Assembly: GCA_934477985.1 (NCBI GenBank)
Contig: CAKSOR010000001.1
Location: 1-39,219, forward strand
Direction: 5' to 3'
DNA: 39,219 nt
From: an uncultured Eubacteriales bacterium
GTDB taxonomy: Bacteria > Bacillota > Clostridia > Oscillospirales > CAG-272
Shown here: positions 6,632-15,689 of the stretch, in pieces
Numbering within the stretch: position 1 is the stretch's first letter
How the letters are laid out: every line of letters starts with the position of its first letter
Notes under the pieces: model-generated
Databases searched by the model: none
What the model was told of the DNA's origin: nothing
The model's input: the letters and a program-made list of their open reading frames with translations, nothing else
Made by a program: the position numbers and the translations under genes

Positions 6632-9145
6632 TTATTTATTGAACTTCCAGTCCTTGTCGGGCAGGATGTCGGGAGTGCGGAGGAACTCGAGCTTTCTGTA
6701 GTCACCGAAATTCTCCTTCGCCTGGAACGCCACCGAAACCGTGCCGCTGACGTGCTTTGCGACGTAGCAGCCGCGCTTTTCGTCGTACTCTGTCTCGTAC
6801 TTCGGACCTCTCCACATGTCATACTCGCCGCCGATCCAGGCAGTTCCGCCCTTCTCGGGGAAGATTGTCAGCTCGGCGTCGTCGAGTCCCGAGAGTATGA
6901 AGCGCTCGTCGACGTTGATCAGAACGTCGCCCGGAGTGTAGCGGCGCATCGTGAGCTTCGCGCGATTTTTCTGCTTGACAAAGACGCGGCAGTCGGTGTG
7001 AATCCATCTCGAGAGCGGATAAGTTCCGACGCTGTCGTCGATCGTGAACTCCGTGCCGTCGAACGCCGGAGCGCCGTCGGGCGTCGTGAAGCTCATCCGA
7101 ACCGAGGCGTCCTTCGCGAAGACGTTGTAAATCACCGAGTTCCGGCACTTTCCGAGCTGAATTATCGGCAGATTGTCGTCGACGTTGAAGCACTCGAAGG
7201 TCATCGGATAGCCGAAGAGCTGCATCGCGCATCTCGTGAGCATCGCGCAGGGGAAATACCTCGACGGTTGGCGCTTGTTCGGGAGAGCCGGACGCGGGTT
7301 CGTGTCATGCGGGAACGAGCCGCGTATCCAGACGAGTCCGAGAGACTTGTTGAAGGTCATGTAAGCGCGCTTCTCGCCGTCCTTCGAGACGGTAGCGGTC
7401 ACATCCGTAGAGCCGTCGGAGAGTTCGCAGACTCCGCCGTTCGAGAGATAGCCGGGGTGAATGAGCGTCTTCGAGTAGGCGTTGACCTCGGCTTTATCGA
7501 GCGTCAGCGTCGTCCCGAAGCCGAGCTCGCCGTCGAGCTCGCCGCCAAGCGTGATTCCGCAAGCCCTTCTGAGCTTTTCGGAGGCGTTCCGGAGACTTCC
7601 GGCGAGGATGACCTTTCCGCCCTTCTCCATGACCTCAAAGAGCGAATTCTCAAGCTCGCTCCCGGCTTCGGGCACGGCGGTGAAGATGATGTTTCCGGTG
7701 AGCTTTGACTTGTCAGCCTTTACGAAATTGCCGTCCGATATGACGCTGTTGACCGGGAAGCCCATGTCGACCGCGCTCTCGACGAACCAGTCGTCCATGA
7801 ATATCTCCGAGAGCCGACCCTCGGCGAGTCCGACCTTGCAGTAGCTGTCGAACGGATAGACCCAGGTGACGAGTCCGGATTCATCGGGGTAGTCGTTGTA
7901 AGCCGTCAGAATGTGCGGCGTGACCTCGTTCGGGCAGCGCTCGGGAAGGCGTCCGAAGGAGTCGTCGGCACTTAAGAATCCGAGTCCGAAGGGCTTCGTG
8001 ACAGCTAAGTTTTCGTCGAGACGCGCTATCGAGAGCGGCAGGTAGATGTCGTGCGGGCTGCGGTCATAGCGGTCGAACCAGGGCGAGTTCGTCCACCAAG
8101 GGTCGTGGATGTAGTAGCGGAGCTGGAAGCCCTTCTCGGGCAGCTCGGCGATATGCGACATGAATCCGGCGAGCTCAAGTCCGAAGCGGTAGTTGAGCGG
8201 CGCCCACGGAGAGTTCGGCGGGGCTACGAGGTTCTTCACCGCGTAGATGTCGTTTATCGGGCAGCCGTGCGCCGAGATGTCCATTCCGGTCGAGAGGTTC
8301 GAGCCGCGGGTCTCAACTCTCGTGTCGCCTATAGCCGCGCAGAAGTACTTCCAGAACTCGGCAATGCTGTCGCGAACCCGTTTTGCGCCCTCAAAGTCGA
8401 ATTTCGTACCGTCGAACAATTCGCCCGTCCAGTTCCAGGACGCAAGCGAGAAACCAAAGCCGTTAGAGAGCCAGATGTAGTCGAACCCAAGGTCGCGCTT
8501 CATCGCCATGAACTGTCTGCCGAGGAACTCGCCGATATGCGTGCCCTCCGGGATTCCGTCAGGATAAGCGGCGTAATGATGATCGTCGGCGTGCAGCCTT
8601 GACGCGCAGTGCACCCAGTGCTTGCAGCCCATGATGTCGCCCTTAGAGATCTCGGGATGGCGGTTGTACTTGAACTCCGACCAGGCGAACTCGGGTCCGG
8701 GGTCGAAGGTCTCGCCGACCTCGATGTCAAAGCCGGTAACTTCCTTTCCGACCCGCTTCATGACCGAGATTATCTCCTTCAGGTCGCCGTAGGTCATCTC
8801 GGGCGGATTCTCGATATAGTGCACTGGGAAGGCGTGCAGCGACAGGCGGTCGTCACGGTCGTGCGGATCCGTGTCACGATCCCAGTTGCCAATTCCTATA
8901 TATTTGCACCACTCGAAGGAATCCTTTGGATTCCCGGAGTAATCGAGTATCTCCGAGCCGTCGCTCGTCCAGAAGAGGAGCGAGCATCCGGTCGCGTATT
9001 TTAAAAGCGGCTTCCACTGCTCGAAGAGGGTGTGCGCGACCCTCTCGAATCCGGCGGTGGTCTTGTCAAGTCCGAAGGGCTTCAGGCTTATCTCAAGACA
9101 GACCCTTCCGGCGTTCGTCGTAGAACGGTATTCGTAGTTAAACAT
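6632..9145 (-). CDS. Large uncharacterised cytoplasmic protein (837 aa), probably a carbohydrate-active enzyme
   Basis: Track ORF trimmed to Met10 (ATG 9145), preceded by AAGGAGAAAAAA. The composition is Trp/Tyr/Asp-rich. A mid-region IIFTAVPEAGSELENSLFEVMEKGGKVILAGSL resembles the GATase1-like trimerisation domain of GH42/GH112-type enzymes. I could not assign a family. Confidence 0.75.
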   Translation of the reverse strand: MFNYEYRSTTNAGRVCLEISLKPFGLDKTTAGFERVAHTLFEQWKPLLKYATGCSLLFWTSDGSEILDYSGNPKDSFEWCKYIGIGNWDRDTDPHDRDDRLSLHAFPVHYIENPPEMTYGDLKEIISVMKRVGKEVTGFDIEVGETFDPGPEFAWSEFKYNRHPEISKGDIMGCKHWVHCASRLHADDHHYAAYPDGIPEGTHIGEFLGRQFMAMKRDLGFDYIWLSNGFGFSLASWNWTGELFDGTKFDFEGAKRVRDSIAEFWKYFCAAIGDTRVETRGSNLSTGMDISAHGCPINDIYAVKNLVAPPNSPWAPLNYRFGLELAGFMSHIAELPEKGFQLRYYIHDPWWTNSPWFDRYDRSPHDIYLPLSIARLDENLAVTKPFGLGFLSADDSFGRLPERCPNEVTPHILTAYNDYPDESGLVTWVYPFDSYCKVGLAEGRLSEIFMDDWFVESAVDMGFPVNSVISDGNFVKADKSKLTGNIIFTAVPEAGSELENSLFEVMEKGGKVILAGSLRNASEKLRRACGITLGGELDGELGFGTTLTLDKAEVNAYSKTLIHPGYLSNGGVCELSDGSTDVTATVSKDGEKRAYMTFNKSLGLVWIRGSFPHDTNPRPALPNKRQPSRYFPCAMLTRCAMQLFGYPMTFECFNVDDNLPIIQLGKCRNSVIYNVFAKDASVRMSFTTPDGAPAFDGTEFTIDDSVGTYPLSRWIHTDCRVFVKQKNRAKLTMRRYTPGDVLINVDERFILSGLDDAELTIFPEKGGTAWIGGEYDMWRGPKYETEYDEKRGCYVAKHVSGTVSVAFQAKENFGDYRKLEFLRTPDILPDKDWKFNK

Positions 9146-9164
9146 TTTTTTCTCCTTAAATCTC

Positions 9165-10601
9165 TTAGTCAAGCGGCTTTTCGAGCTTTATATCCATCAT
9201 CCGCGCGAAGGTCCCGATCTCTTCGGTGTGATCGCCGATTCCGAGCGCTAAGTGGTGAGTCGGTCCCGCCGAGCACCAGCGCTCGACAAACTCGTTCGCG
9301 GGGACTTTGAAGCGGCATTTCGTGTTGGTGTTTCCGGTCGCCGGAATCGCGCCGGGTCTGGACTCGCCGGTCGCCTCTATGAGCTTTATCTTTCCGTCCC
9401 CGCCGACCGAGCAGGACAGCAGCGAGATCGGTCCGGTCTTTAATTTGAACTCTACCGAGACGCCCGCGCCCGGCTTTCCGTGGAACTTCTTCAGCTTTCT
9501 GAGCACCGGGCGCTCGTTGCTGATGTTGATGTTGTGCGGTCCGTCGTGACCGATGAGCACGATGTCGTCGACTACGTCGAAGGGATGCAGCTCGGCGAAC
9601 GAGCCTCCGCCGCCTACGCGGTTCATTATCAGCATCGCCGCGGCGGTCTTGAGGTCAGCCTCACCGGCGAGCGGGATGTCGCGGCTGGTTAAAAGCGAGT
9701 TTCCGATGATCAGGTTCGACGCTATGCGCTCATACTCGTTGCCGTGCTCGCCCTTGTAGAAGTAGGCGAGGGCGGTCAGTCCGTTCTTCTCGACGAGTGT
9801 GTCAAGTCCGATCGAGCAGCGCGCCGCGAGCTCAAGGTCGGAGTCGTGCACGAAATCGGTCAGCGGGTCGTTCGAGGGCTCGCGGATGTCGAATATCGAC
9901 CTGATAAGCCCGATCCGCTCCTTCACCTCAGCGTCTGTCGCGGCGTGCACATACTCGATGAGCTCGCACATCTCGAGCATCTTGACATGCGCCCCGAAAG
10001 TCCCTGAAAACGCGGTCGGGTCGGTGTTCATGTCGTACATTCCGTCGTAGGTGTGACCGAGATACCCGAACTTAGCGTACCTGAACGCGGCTACGGCGCA
10101 GATCGCGCGCTCGAAGACTCCTATGCGCGCCGCGATCTTCTCGCGCTCACCGGCGGTCTCGACGATGAAGAATGGCTTCGGAGCGCCAAGACGCTCATAG
10201 ACGCCGCCGAACTCGGGCATCGAGCAGATGTCGTCGTTGACGAGCTGCATATACGTCGTCGTCTTCGTGTAGTCAAGCCGGTCGAGCGGCTGGAGAGCGA
10301 CGAGTATCTGCGGAATTTTCAGGTACTTCGCGAACGGGAAGACGACCTGCGAGGTTATGTAGGTCGACATGACGACAAAGAGCGCGTCGAGGTCGGAAGC
10401 GAGCGCCTTCTTGAGGCAGACATACGAGCTGTCGATGTCGTCCGCGAAGCCGAGGTCGATGGTCTCGACCCTGTCCGAGAAGTATCCGGCGAGCCCGGCC
10501 TGCTTCTTCTTCAGCTCATCGAGCAGTCCGTCGAACTGATCCCAGTAGATGAAGTGTCCCATGCCGATAATCCCTATGCGGGGCTTTCTTGTGTGTATCA
10601 T
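9165..10601 (-). CDS. L-arabinose isomerase / L-fucose isomerase superfamily protein
   Basis: Track ORF trimmed to Met21 (ATG 10601), with AAGGAG 8 nt upstream. The N-terminus PRIGIIGMGHFIYWDQFDGL and the C-terminus GPTHHLALGIGDHTEEIGTFARMMDI match the AraA-like pattern (THH...G). Confidence 0.75.
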   Translation of the reverse strand: MIHTRKPRIGIIGMGHFIYWDQFDGLLDELKKKQAGLAGYFSDRVETIDLGFADDIDSSYVCLKKALASDLDALFVVMSTYITSQVVFPFAKYLKIPQILVALQPLDRLDYTKTTTYMQLVNDDICSMPEFGGVYERLGAPKPFFIVETAGEREKIAARIGVFERAICAVAAFRYAKFGYLGHTYDGMYDMNTDPTAFSGTFGAHVKMLEMCELIEYVHAATDAEVKERIGLIRSIFDIREPSNDPLTDFVHDSDLELAARCSIGLDTLVEKNGLTALAYFYKGEHGNEYERIASNLIIGNSLLTSRDIPLAGEADLKTAAAMLIMNRVGGGGSFAELHPFDVVDDIVLIGHDGPHNINISNERPVLRKLKKFHGKPGAGVSVEFKLKTGPISLLSCSVGGDGKIKLIEATGESRPGAIPATGNTNTKCRFKVPANEFVERWCSAGPTHHLALGIGDHTEEIGTFARMMDIKLEKPLD

Positions 10602-10692
10602 GTAAATATACTCCTTTGGAGGATTCTTATGGAAGCGCCGAGGTATGGCTCTTTTGCGCAAAAAAGGCTTTGATTCAGCGTATCCTTTATAT

Positions 10693-10721
10693 ATAGTACC
10701 ATGTTTCCGCCTTCATGTAAA
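10693..10721 (-). promoter_or_regulatory. Candidate promoter of the isomerase-to-SBP operon: TTTACA (10721-10716), 17 nt, extended TGG-TACTAT (10698-10693)
   Basis: Read on the reverse complement. It predicts a leader of about 85 nt that contains the 12-nt palindrome TTTTGCGCAAAA (10652-10663). Confidence 0.45.
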
Positions 10722-10772
10722 TGGATAATTCGCCCAAACCAGCACAAAACGACCACTTTGATGATTTTTTTC

Positions 10773-10801
10773 TTGACAAATCGGCGGAATTGGTGTAAAA
10801 T
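10773..10801 (+). promoter_or_regulatory. Candidate promoter of the tandem AraC genes: TTGACA (10773-10778), 17 nt, TAAAAT (10796-10801)
   Basis: Read directly. The RBS GAGGTGA (10821-10827) precedes ATG 10836. Confidence 0.5.
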
Positions 10802-10835
10802 AAATAGCAGAAAACAAACTGAGGTGAAAAACGAT

Positions 10836-11669
10836 ATGATCGATCAGGTACAGATAGCCGACTTCGATATACAGATAAACGAATTGCTTTTAGTGCACAA
10901 GAACACCTTTATCCACCGCTTCAAGTGGACGGAATACCGCACCGGAAGGCTTATCGACGGCGTGACCTTCTGTGTCTCCGGGAAGGCTTATTTCGACTAC
11001 GGCGACGACGGGTTCGAGCTGAACGCGGGAGAAATGGTGTTCCTGCCGGCGTCAAGCTCATATGTCGTAAGATGCTCAAGCGAAGAGCCGTTCGTCCACT
11101 ACACCGCGAACTTCACCCTCGACCGCGAAAAAAGCGCGGATCAGGGTGCGACCGCGTTCTCCGGGATACTCAGCGGAAATCTTCGCCACACGACCTCGCC
11201 CGAGAACGTCCGGGTCTATCTGCCGAAATTCGAGGCGCTGCTCTCGGTCTGGCAGAACAAGAAGAACGGCTACCGCGTCATGTCCAAGGCGCTGATCTAT
11301 GAGCTCCTCTACCTCTACTTCACCGACGCGGGGCGCACACACCGCAACCGCGACGAGTACGAGCGGCTTCTCCCGGCGAAAAAGCTGCTTGACACCGAAT
11401 ACATGAACTCCCAGACGACCGCGGAGCTCGCCGAGCTCTGCGAGATGAGCGTCACAAACTTCCGCCGGATGTTCACAAAGCTCTTCGCGATGCCGCCGGT
11501 TGAGTACAGGATGAACAAGCGTATCCTGCGCGCGAAGGATCTGCTGCTCTCGGGGCAGTACAGCGTCAGCGAGGCGTCGCGCGAAGTCGGATTCACCGAC
11601 CCGAACTATTTCACAAGGGTATTCAGGGCGCGCGAGGGAATCTCGCCGTCCGAGTTCATAAAGGGATGA
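10836..11669 (+). CDS. AraC-family transcriptional regulator (277 aa)
   Basis: Track ORF trimmed to Met46. It has a cupin-like N-terminus and a C-terminal AraC HTH (TTAELAELCEMSVTNFRRMFTKLF...VSEASREVGFTDPNYFTRVFRAREGISPSEF). Confidence 0.85.
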   Translation: MIDQVQIADFDIQINELLLVHKNTFIHRFKWTEYRTGRLIDGVTFCVSGKAYFDYGDDGFELNAGEMVFLPASSSYVVRCSSEEPFVHYTANFTLDREKSADQGATAFSGILSGNLRHTTSPENVRVYLPKFEALLSVWQNKKNGYRVMSKALIYELLYLYFTDAGRTHRNRDEYERLLPAKKLLDTEYMNSQTTAELAELCEMSVTNFRRMFTKLFAMPPVEYRMNKRILRAKDLLLSGQYSVSEASREVGFTDPNYFTRVFRAREGISPSEFIKG

Positions 11670-12514
11670 AGGAAATAACTCTTGAATGTATCTCGCCTCT
11701 CCTGCACTTCGCGAGATACATCGACATAACGCCGGATTACGGCTACAACGGAATAATCGCCTACGACGCGCGGATGCTCTGCGTTCTGTCGGGAAAGGGC
11801 GGACTCAGGGTCGAAGACAGCGTCTACAGGCTCGAGCCCGGCACGCTCATCTGCTGGCAGGCGGGGAGCGAGTACGGCTTTCAGGATATTTCGCAGCCGC
11901 TGCGGGTCATAATGCTCAACTTCGACTTCAGCGGCGCGGGCGATCCGGTAAAGCGCACGCCCGACACCGCGCGGGATTTCGACGCGGCGCGGATAGAAAA
12001 CACTCCGGCGCTCACAATGTACGCCGACCGCGCCGGGGTCTATATCGACCGCGAGGCTTACTACGCCGAACCGCTGATGCGCGAGCTCGTGAATGAGTAC
12101 ACGGCGCGAAAGGTCTGCTGGGAGAGCGTCTCGCGCGGGATTATAACGTCGCTCGTCTCAAGGCTTATCCGCGCGGCGCGGCGCGGCAACGACCACCGCG
12201 TAGCAACCGACGATGTCATCGCCTACATAAATGCCCACCTGGGCGAGAGGCTGACCTACGAGTCGCTCGGAAAGGTCTTCTCCTACCACCCCAACCACCT
12301 CAGCCGCATGATCTCGGAGAGCACCGGAATGCCGCTCCATCGCTATATCCAGAAGCTCCGGATCGAGCGCGCCTACGGGATGCTCTGCGACGAGGGAAAA
12401 TCGGTCGCCGAGGCCGCGAGACTCTGCGGATTCTCCGACCCGGCGGCGTTCGCAAAGCGCTTCCGGCTCGAGACCGGGATGACTCCGTCCGAAGCCGCGC
12501 GCGTGAGACGCTGA
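11666..12514 (+). CDS. AraC-family transcriptional regulator (282 aa), second of a tandem pair
   Basis: ATGA start/stop overlap with the upstream AraC gene. C-terminal HTH: LGKVFSYHPNHLSRMISESTGMPLHRYIQKLRIERAYGML...AARLCGFSDPAAFAKRFRLETGMTPSEA. Confidence 0.85.
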   Translation: MKEITLECISPLLHFARYIDITPDYGYNGIIAYDARMLCVLSGKGGLRVEDSVYRLEPGTLICWQAGSEYGFQDISQPLRVIMLNFDFSGAGDPVKRTPDTARDFDAARIENTPALTMYADRAGVYIDREAYYAEPLMRELVNEYTARKVCWESVSRGIITSLVSRLIRAARRGNDHRVATDDVIAYINAHLGERLTYESLGKVFSYHPNHLSRMISESTGMPLHRYIQKLRIERAYGMLCDEGKSVAEAARLCGFSDPAAFAKRFRLETGMTPSEAARVRR

Positions 12515-12542
12515 TTTTTCCCGACCACTAACTCATGGTTAG

Positions 12543-12571
12543 TTGCTTTTTCACTACCGTTGTTGTATAAT
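12543..12571 (+). promoter_or_regulatory. Promoter of the lipoprotein/LemA operon: TTGCTT (12543-12548), 17 nt, extended TG-TATAAT (12564-12571)
   Basis: Read directly. A weak hairpin (ACTAAC/GTTAGT, 12527-12543) plus a T-run just upstream may terminate the AraC genes. Confidence 0.55.
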
Positions 12572-12602
12572 ATTGTCAAACCTACCCTTAGGAGGGATGA
12601 AA

Positions 12603-13679
12603 ATGAAAAAACTGTTCTGTCTCATGCTCGCCTTCTGCGTCTGCCTTTCGTTTGCCGGATGCGGCGACGAGCCCGCCGGCGAGGACTGGCGCACATGGGG
12701 AACAATCACCACCGAAGGCGACGTCACCATCGACGATACGACCGCTCACGTGCTGATCTCGGTCTACAACTCGAGCACCGTCTTCTACCACGACATCTCC
12801 GAGCAGATCGAGTTCGCGACGCTTGAGTACCCGAAGACGCTCGACGCCTCGAAATTCAGCTCGATCGACCTCGACGACCTCAACTTCGACGGCAACACCG
12901 ACGTACAGCTGACCTTCTCGGACGATTCGGGCGACACGATATTGGTCTGGCTCTGGTACGAGAACGAGGGCTATCTCTACGACGACGAGCTCTCCTACTT
13001 CCCCGGCGAGATGAACAATCAGAACAACGACCCCGACGAACAGGACGTCGCCCAAGCGGCGATGTCCTATTTTGAACAGATGGGCGTCGAGCTGAACGCC
13101 GAGCCCGACAACGGCAAGTACGAGCTCCCGAACGGCGCCGTGCTGATGACCACCGACTACAAGACCTTCTACCGCACCTATGCCGACTGGGAGGTCAAGA
13201 TAACGTCGGACAAGGTATCCGGCGACGAGCGGAAGATTAAATTCACGGCGATCTGCTATATCCCCGACGAGTCGATTCCGGACTACGACGGCGACATATT
13301 AATCAGCTGCTCGAAGAACATCTTCGACGCTTACACCGGCTACTGCCTGACCGCCGAGCGCACCGACGGCAACACCTCTAAGGGCGACAACACCTACTCC
13401 TACGCGCTGGAGTTCGACGGCACAGAGTTCATCATCGAATACAGCTACTCGACGCGCTGGGCGTACTACGAGGACGGCTACCGCGCGACACTCTACCTCG
13501 ACTATGACGTGAGCGTTCCGGTCGGCTACGACGGACTCGTATTCGCGGCTCATACGGCGGCGGAGAATAAGGCTGAGTTCGACCGCCGCGACGCGCTCGG
13601 CGACGGATTCGACAATATCGCGCTCTTGCAGATGGAGGACTACGACCCGTCGGAGTCGCTCTTCTTCGGGATAAAGTGA
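12603..13679 (+). CDS. Hypothetical lipoprotein (358 aa)
   Basis: The second ATG is chosen because AGGAGGG ends 7 nt upstream of it. Lipobox LSFAGCGDE. An acidic extracytoplasmic domain carries an FG-GAP-like DLNFDGNTD stretch. No family assigned. Confidence 0.75.
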   Translation: MKKLFCLMLAFCVCLSFAGCGDEPAGEDWRTWGTITTEGDVTIDDTTAHVLISVYNSSTVFYHDISEQIEFATLEYPKTLDASKFSSIDLDDLNFDGNTDVQLTFSDDSGDTILVWLWYENEGYLYDDELSYFPGEMNNQNNDPDEQDVAQAAMSYFEQMGVELNAEPDNGKYELPNGAVLMTTDYKTFYRTYADWEVKITSDKVSGDERKIKFTAICYIPDESIPDYDGDILISCSKNIFDAYTGYCLTAERTDGNTSKGDNTYSYALEFDGTEFIIEYSYSTRWAYYEDGYRATLYLDYDVSVPVGYDGLVFAAHTAAENKAEFDRRDALGDGFDNIALLQMEDYDPSESLFFGIK

Positions 13680-13687
13680 GGTTCTGA

Positions 13688-14506
13688 ATGAAAAAAAGAT
13701 TAATCGCGCTCTCCTTCGCGCTTCTGCTGCTGACGTCCTGCGGAGAGAGCAAATCCGACCGCGTCACCGACCCGGCTGAGATCGACGGCTCGTGGTCTAC
13801 GACGATGGGCAATGTCCTGACGCTCGACATCGACTCGGGCACTTACACCTACCTCACCTTCTACGGTCGCACCGGACAGGGCGAATACGGGATGGTAAGC
13901 GGCTCAAAGCTGATGCTCGACTTCAACGGCATGATGTATGACTTCGAGCTGCGCGACGACGGCGTTCTGCGCCCCTTTATAAACGGCTCGACCGACCGCG
14001 AGGAGATCGGCGCGTGGACCTTCGTCCGCTCTGACGTCGGCGCGGGCGGCGAGTTCGACAAATCGGTGCTCGACGGCGCGTGGAGCAGCCCCGACGGCAC
14101 GGAGCTCACGATCGACACCTATAACGGCGGATATTCCGCGAAGCTGCCGGGCGGCGGAGTCTCCGAGGGCACTCTGAACGACGATTTTGACGGCAGGGGA
14201 TATTACCTCTACAACTCGGGCGAGCGCGGTTATTTCGTCATGGGAGACGCGAACGACAGCTTCAAGCTCTGTTTCGGTGAAGCAGACCCCGGCGCGTTCA
14301 GCGAAAGCGGCGAGCTCGAGCAGGTCTTCTACCGCGAGGGCACGGATATTCCGGACGCCGATAAATACGAGTACATTTACGACGAGGATTCGTCCACGGC
14401 GTGGATGTACGACGGCGTCGACACCTTCTACGTCGGCATGTACGGATACGAAATGACTGACGGCGTTCTGACGCACGACGGCGCGCCGGTGAAGAATCTA
14501 TGGTGA
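13688..14506 (+). CDS. Hypothetical lipoprotein (272 aa)
   Basis: Signal and lipobox MKKRLIALSFALLLLTSCGES. Gly/Asp/Tyr-rich. Starts 8 nt after the preceding gene. Confidence 0.75.
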   Translation: MKKRLIALSFALLLLTSCGESKSDRVTDPAEIDGSWSTTMGNVLTLDIDSGTYTYLTFYGRTGQGEYGMVSGSKLMLDFNGMMYDFELRDDGVLRPFINGSTDREEIGAWTFVRSDVGAGGEFDKSVLDGAWSSPDGTELTIDTYNGGYSAKLPGGGVSEGTLNDDFDGRGYYLYNSGERGYFVMGDANDSFKLCFGEADPGAFSESGELEQVFYREGTDIPDADKYEYIYDEDSSTAWMYDGVDTFYVGMYGYEMTDGVLTHDGAPVKNLW

Positions 14507-15156
14507 GCGATAAGGAGCGCCTGCGGGCGCGCAAGCTCACGAAAATCTCAAAGGCGGTGATGAAGGTCTTCGTCGGCGTCGCGACCGCGGCGGTGCTTCT
14601 GACGATTTTCGGATTCCTGAACCTCCTTTCCTGCCTGGCGGTCGTCGTCATAGCGGCGATTCCGACCGCGATTCTCGATAAGACGGCGCGGAAGGCGCGA
14701 AAAGATTTCTTCGCCGGGTTCGATAGCGACATCACCCGCGCGGCGCTGAAGAACTCTGAGCTCTCAGACGCGGTCTTCGAGCCCCGAAAGAAGCTCGATG
14801 AGGCGACTGTACGCGAGAGCGGATTGTTCGGGAATTTCGACTACGCCGACGGAAGCGGTTACCTCTCGGGGACGCTTGACGGCGTGCGATTCCGCTTCTC
14901 GGACATTGCCGTCGGACACAGGGAGAGACACCCGGTTCCGGAAGGCAGAGACCCCGAGTGGAAGTTCAACGACCACGTCGGCTGTCTGCTCGTCGTCGAC
15001 GTCGATGAGCGGCGGTATGAATTCATAAAGAAGACGCTGTTCGCGATAGAACTGAAGGAAGACGTCCCGCTCGCGGCGCAGAAAAAGCGCATAGAGAGCG
15101 AGATCGCCGGGCTCGCGGAGCACATAAGAAAATTATCGAACGGAGGAAAATCATGA
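14500..15156 (+). CDS. DUF3137-like membrane protein (218 aa)
   Basis: Overlaps the upstream stop by 7 nt. It has a basic N-terminus, two TM helices, then GLFGNFDYADGSGYLSGTLDGVRFRFSDIAV, which resembles the DUF3137 core. The start codon is not certain. Confidence 0.65.
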   Translation: MVSDKERLRARKLTKISKAVMKVFVGVATAAVLLTIFGFLNLLSCLAVVVIAAIPTAILDKTARKARKDFFAGFDSDITRAALKNSELSDAVFEPRKKLDEATVRESGLFGNFDYADGSGYLSGTLDGVRFRFSDIAVGHRERHPVPEGRDPEWKFNDHVGCLLVVDVDERRYEFIKKTLFAIELKEDVPLAAQKKRIESEIAGLAEHIRKLSNGGKS

Positions 15157-15686
15157 CAGCCATCATCATTGTCGCCATAATTGCAGTGCTTATACTCATC
15201 TGGTGCGTCTCGACGCTCAACGGCTTCAAGCGGCAGGAGATCCGCGTGAACGAGTCGCTCTCGGACATCGAGGTCGCGCTGACAAAGCGCTGCGACCTGC
15301 TCACGAAGATGCTCGACACCGCGAAGAACTACATGAAGAACGAGAAGGAGACCTTCACCGGGACGATAAAGCTCCGCAAGGGCATGTCGGTCGGCGAGCT
15401 CAACACGGCGGCGGGCGAGGTCGACGCGCTCTCGGGGAAGTTAGCGGCGGTCGCCGAGGGATACCCCGAGCTGAGGTCGGCTGACGTCTTTGTCGAGCTC
15501 CAGAAGGGCATCCGCGACGCCGAGGAGCATCTTCAGGCGGCGCGCAGACTCTACAACTCGAACGTTACAAAGTACAACACCGCGATTTCGGTCTTCCCAG
15601 CGAGCCTTCTCTCGGGCGGACGCAAGCCGATAGACTTCTTCGCCGCCACCGAGGGCGCGAAGTCGGACGTGAAGATGGATTTCTGA
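15153..15686 (+). CDS. lemA: LemA family membrane protein
   Basis: ATGA overlap with the upstream gene, with GGAGGA upstream. It has an N-terminal TM helix, then LNGFKRQEIRVNESLSDIEVALTKRCDLL...YPELRSADVFVELQKGIRDAEEHLQAARRLYNSNVTKYNTAISVFPASLL, which is a typical LemA sequence. Confidence 0.9.
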   Translation: MTAIIIVAIIAVLILIWCVSTLNGFKRQEIRVNESLSDIEVALTKRCDLLTKMLDTAKNYMKNEKETFTGTIKLRKGMSVGELNTAAGEVDALSGKLAAVAEGYPELRSADVFVELQKGIRDAEEHLQAARRLYNSNVTKYNTAISVFPASLLSGGRKPIDFFAATEGAKSDVKMDF

Positions 15687-15689
15687 TTT

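Noticed and set aside
5376-6701. 441-aa plus-strand ORF overlapping the WbsX-like gene
   Set aside because: It is a shadow ORF with an Arg/Val/Leu/Ala-rich composition and no recognisable motifs. The minus-strand protein has balanced composition, an AGGAG RBS and family-like motifs.
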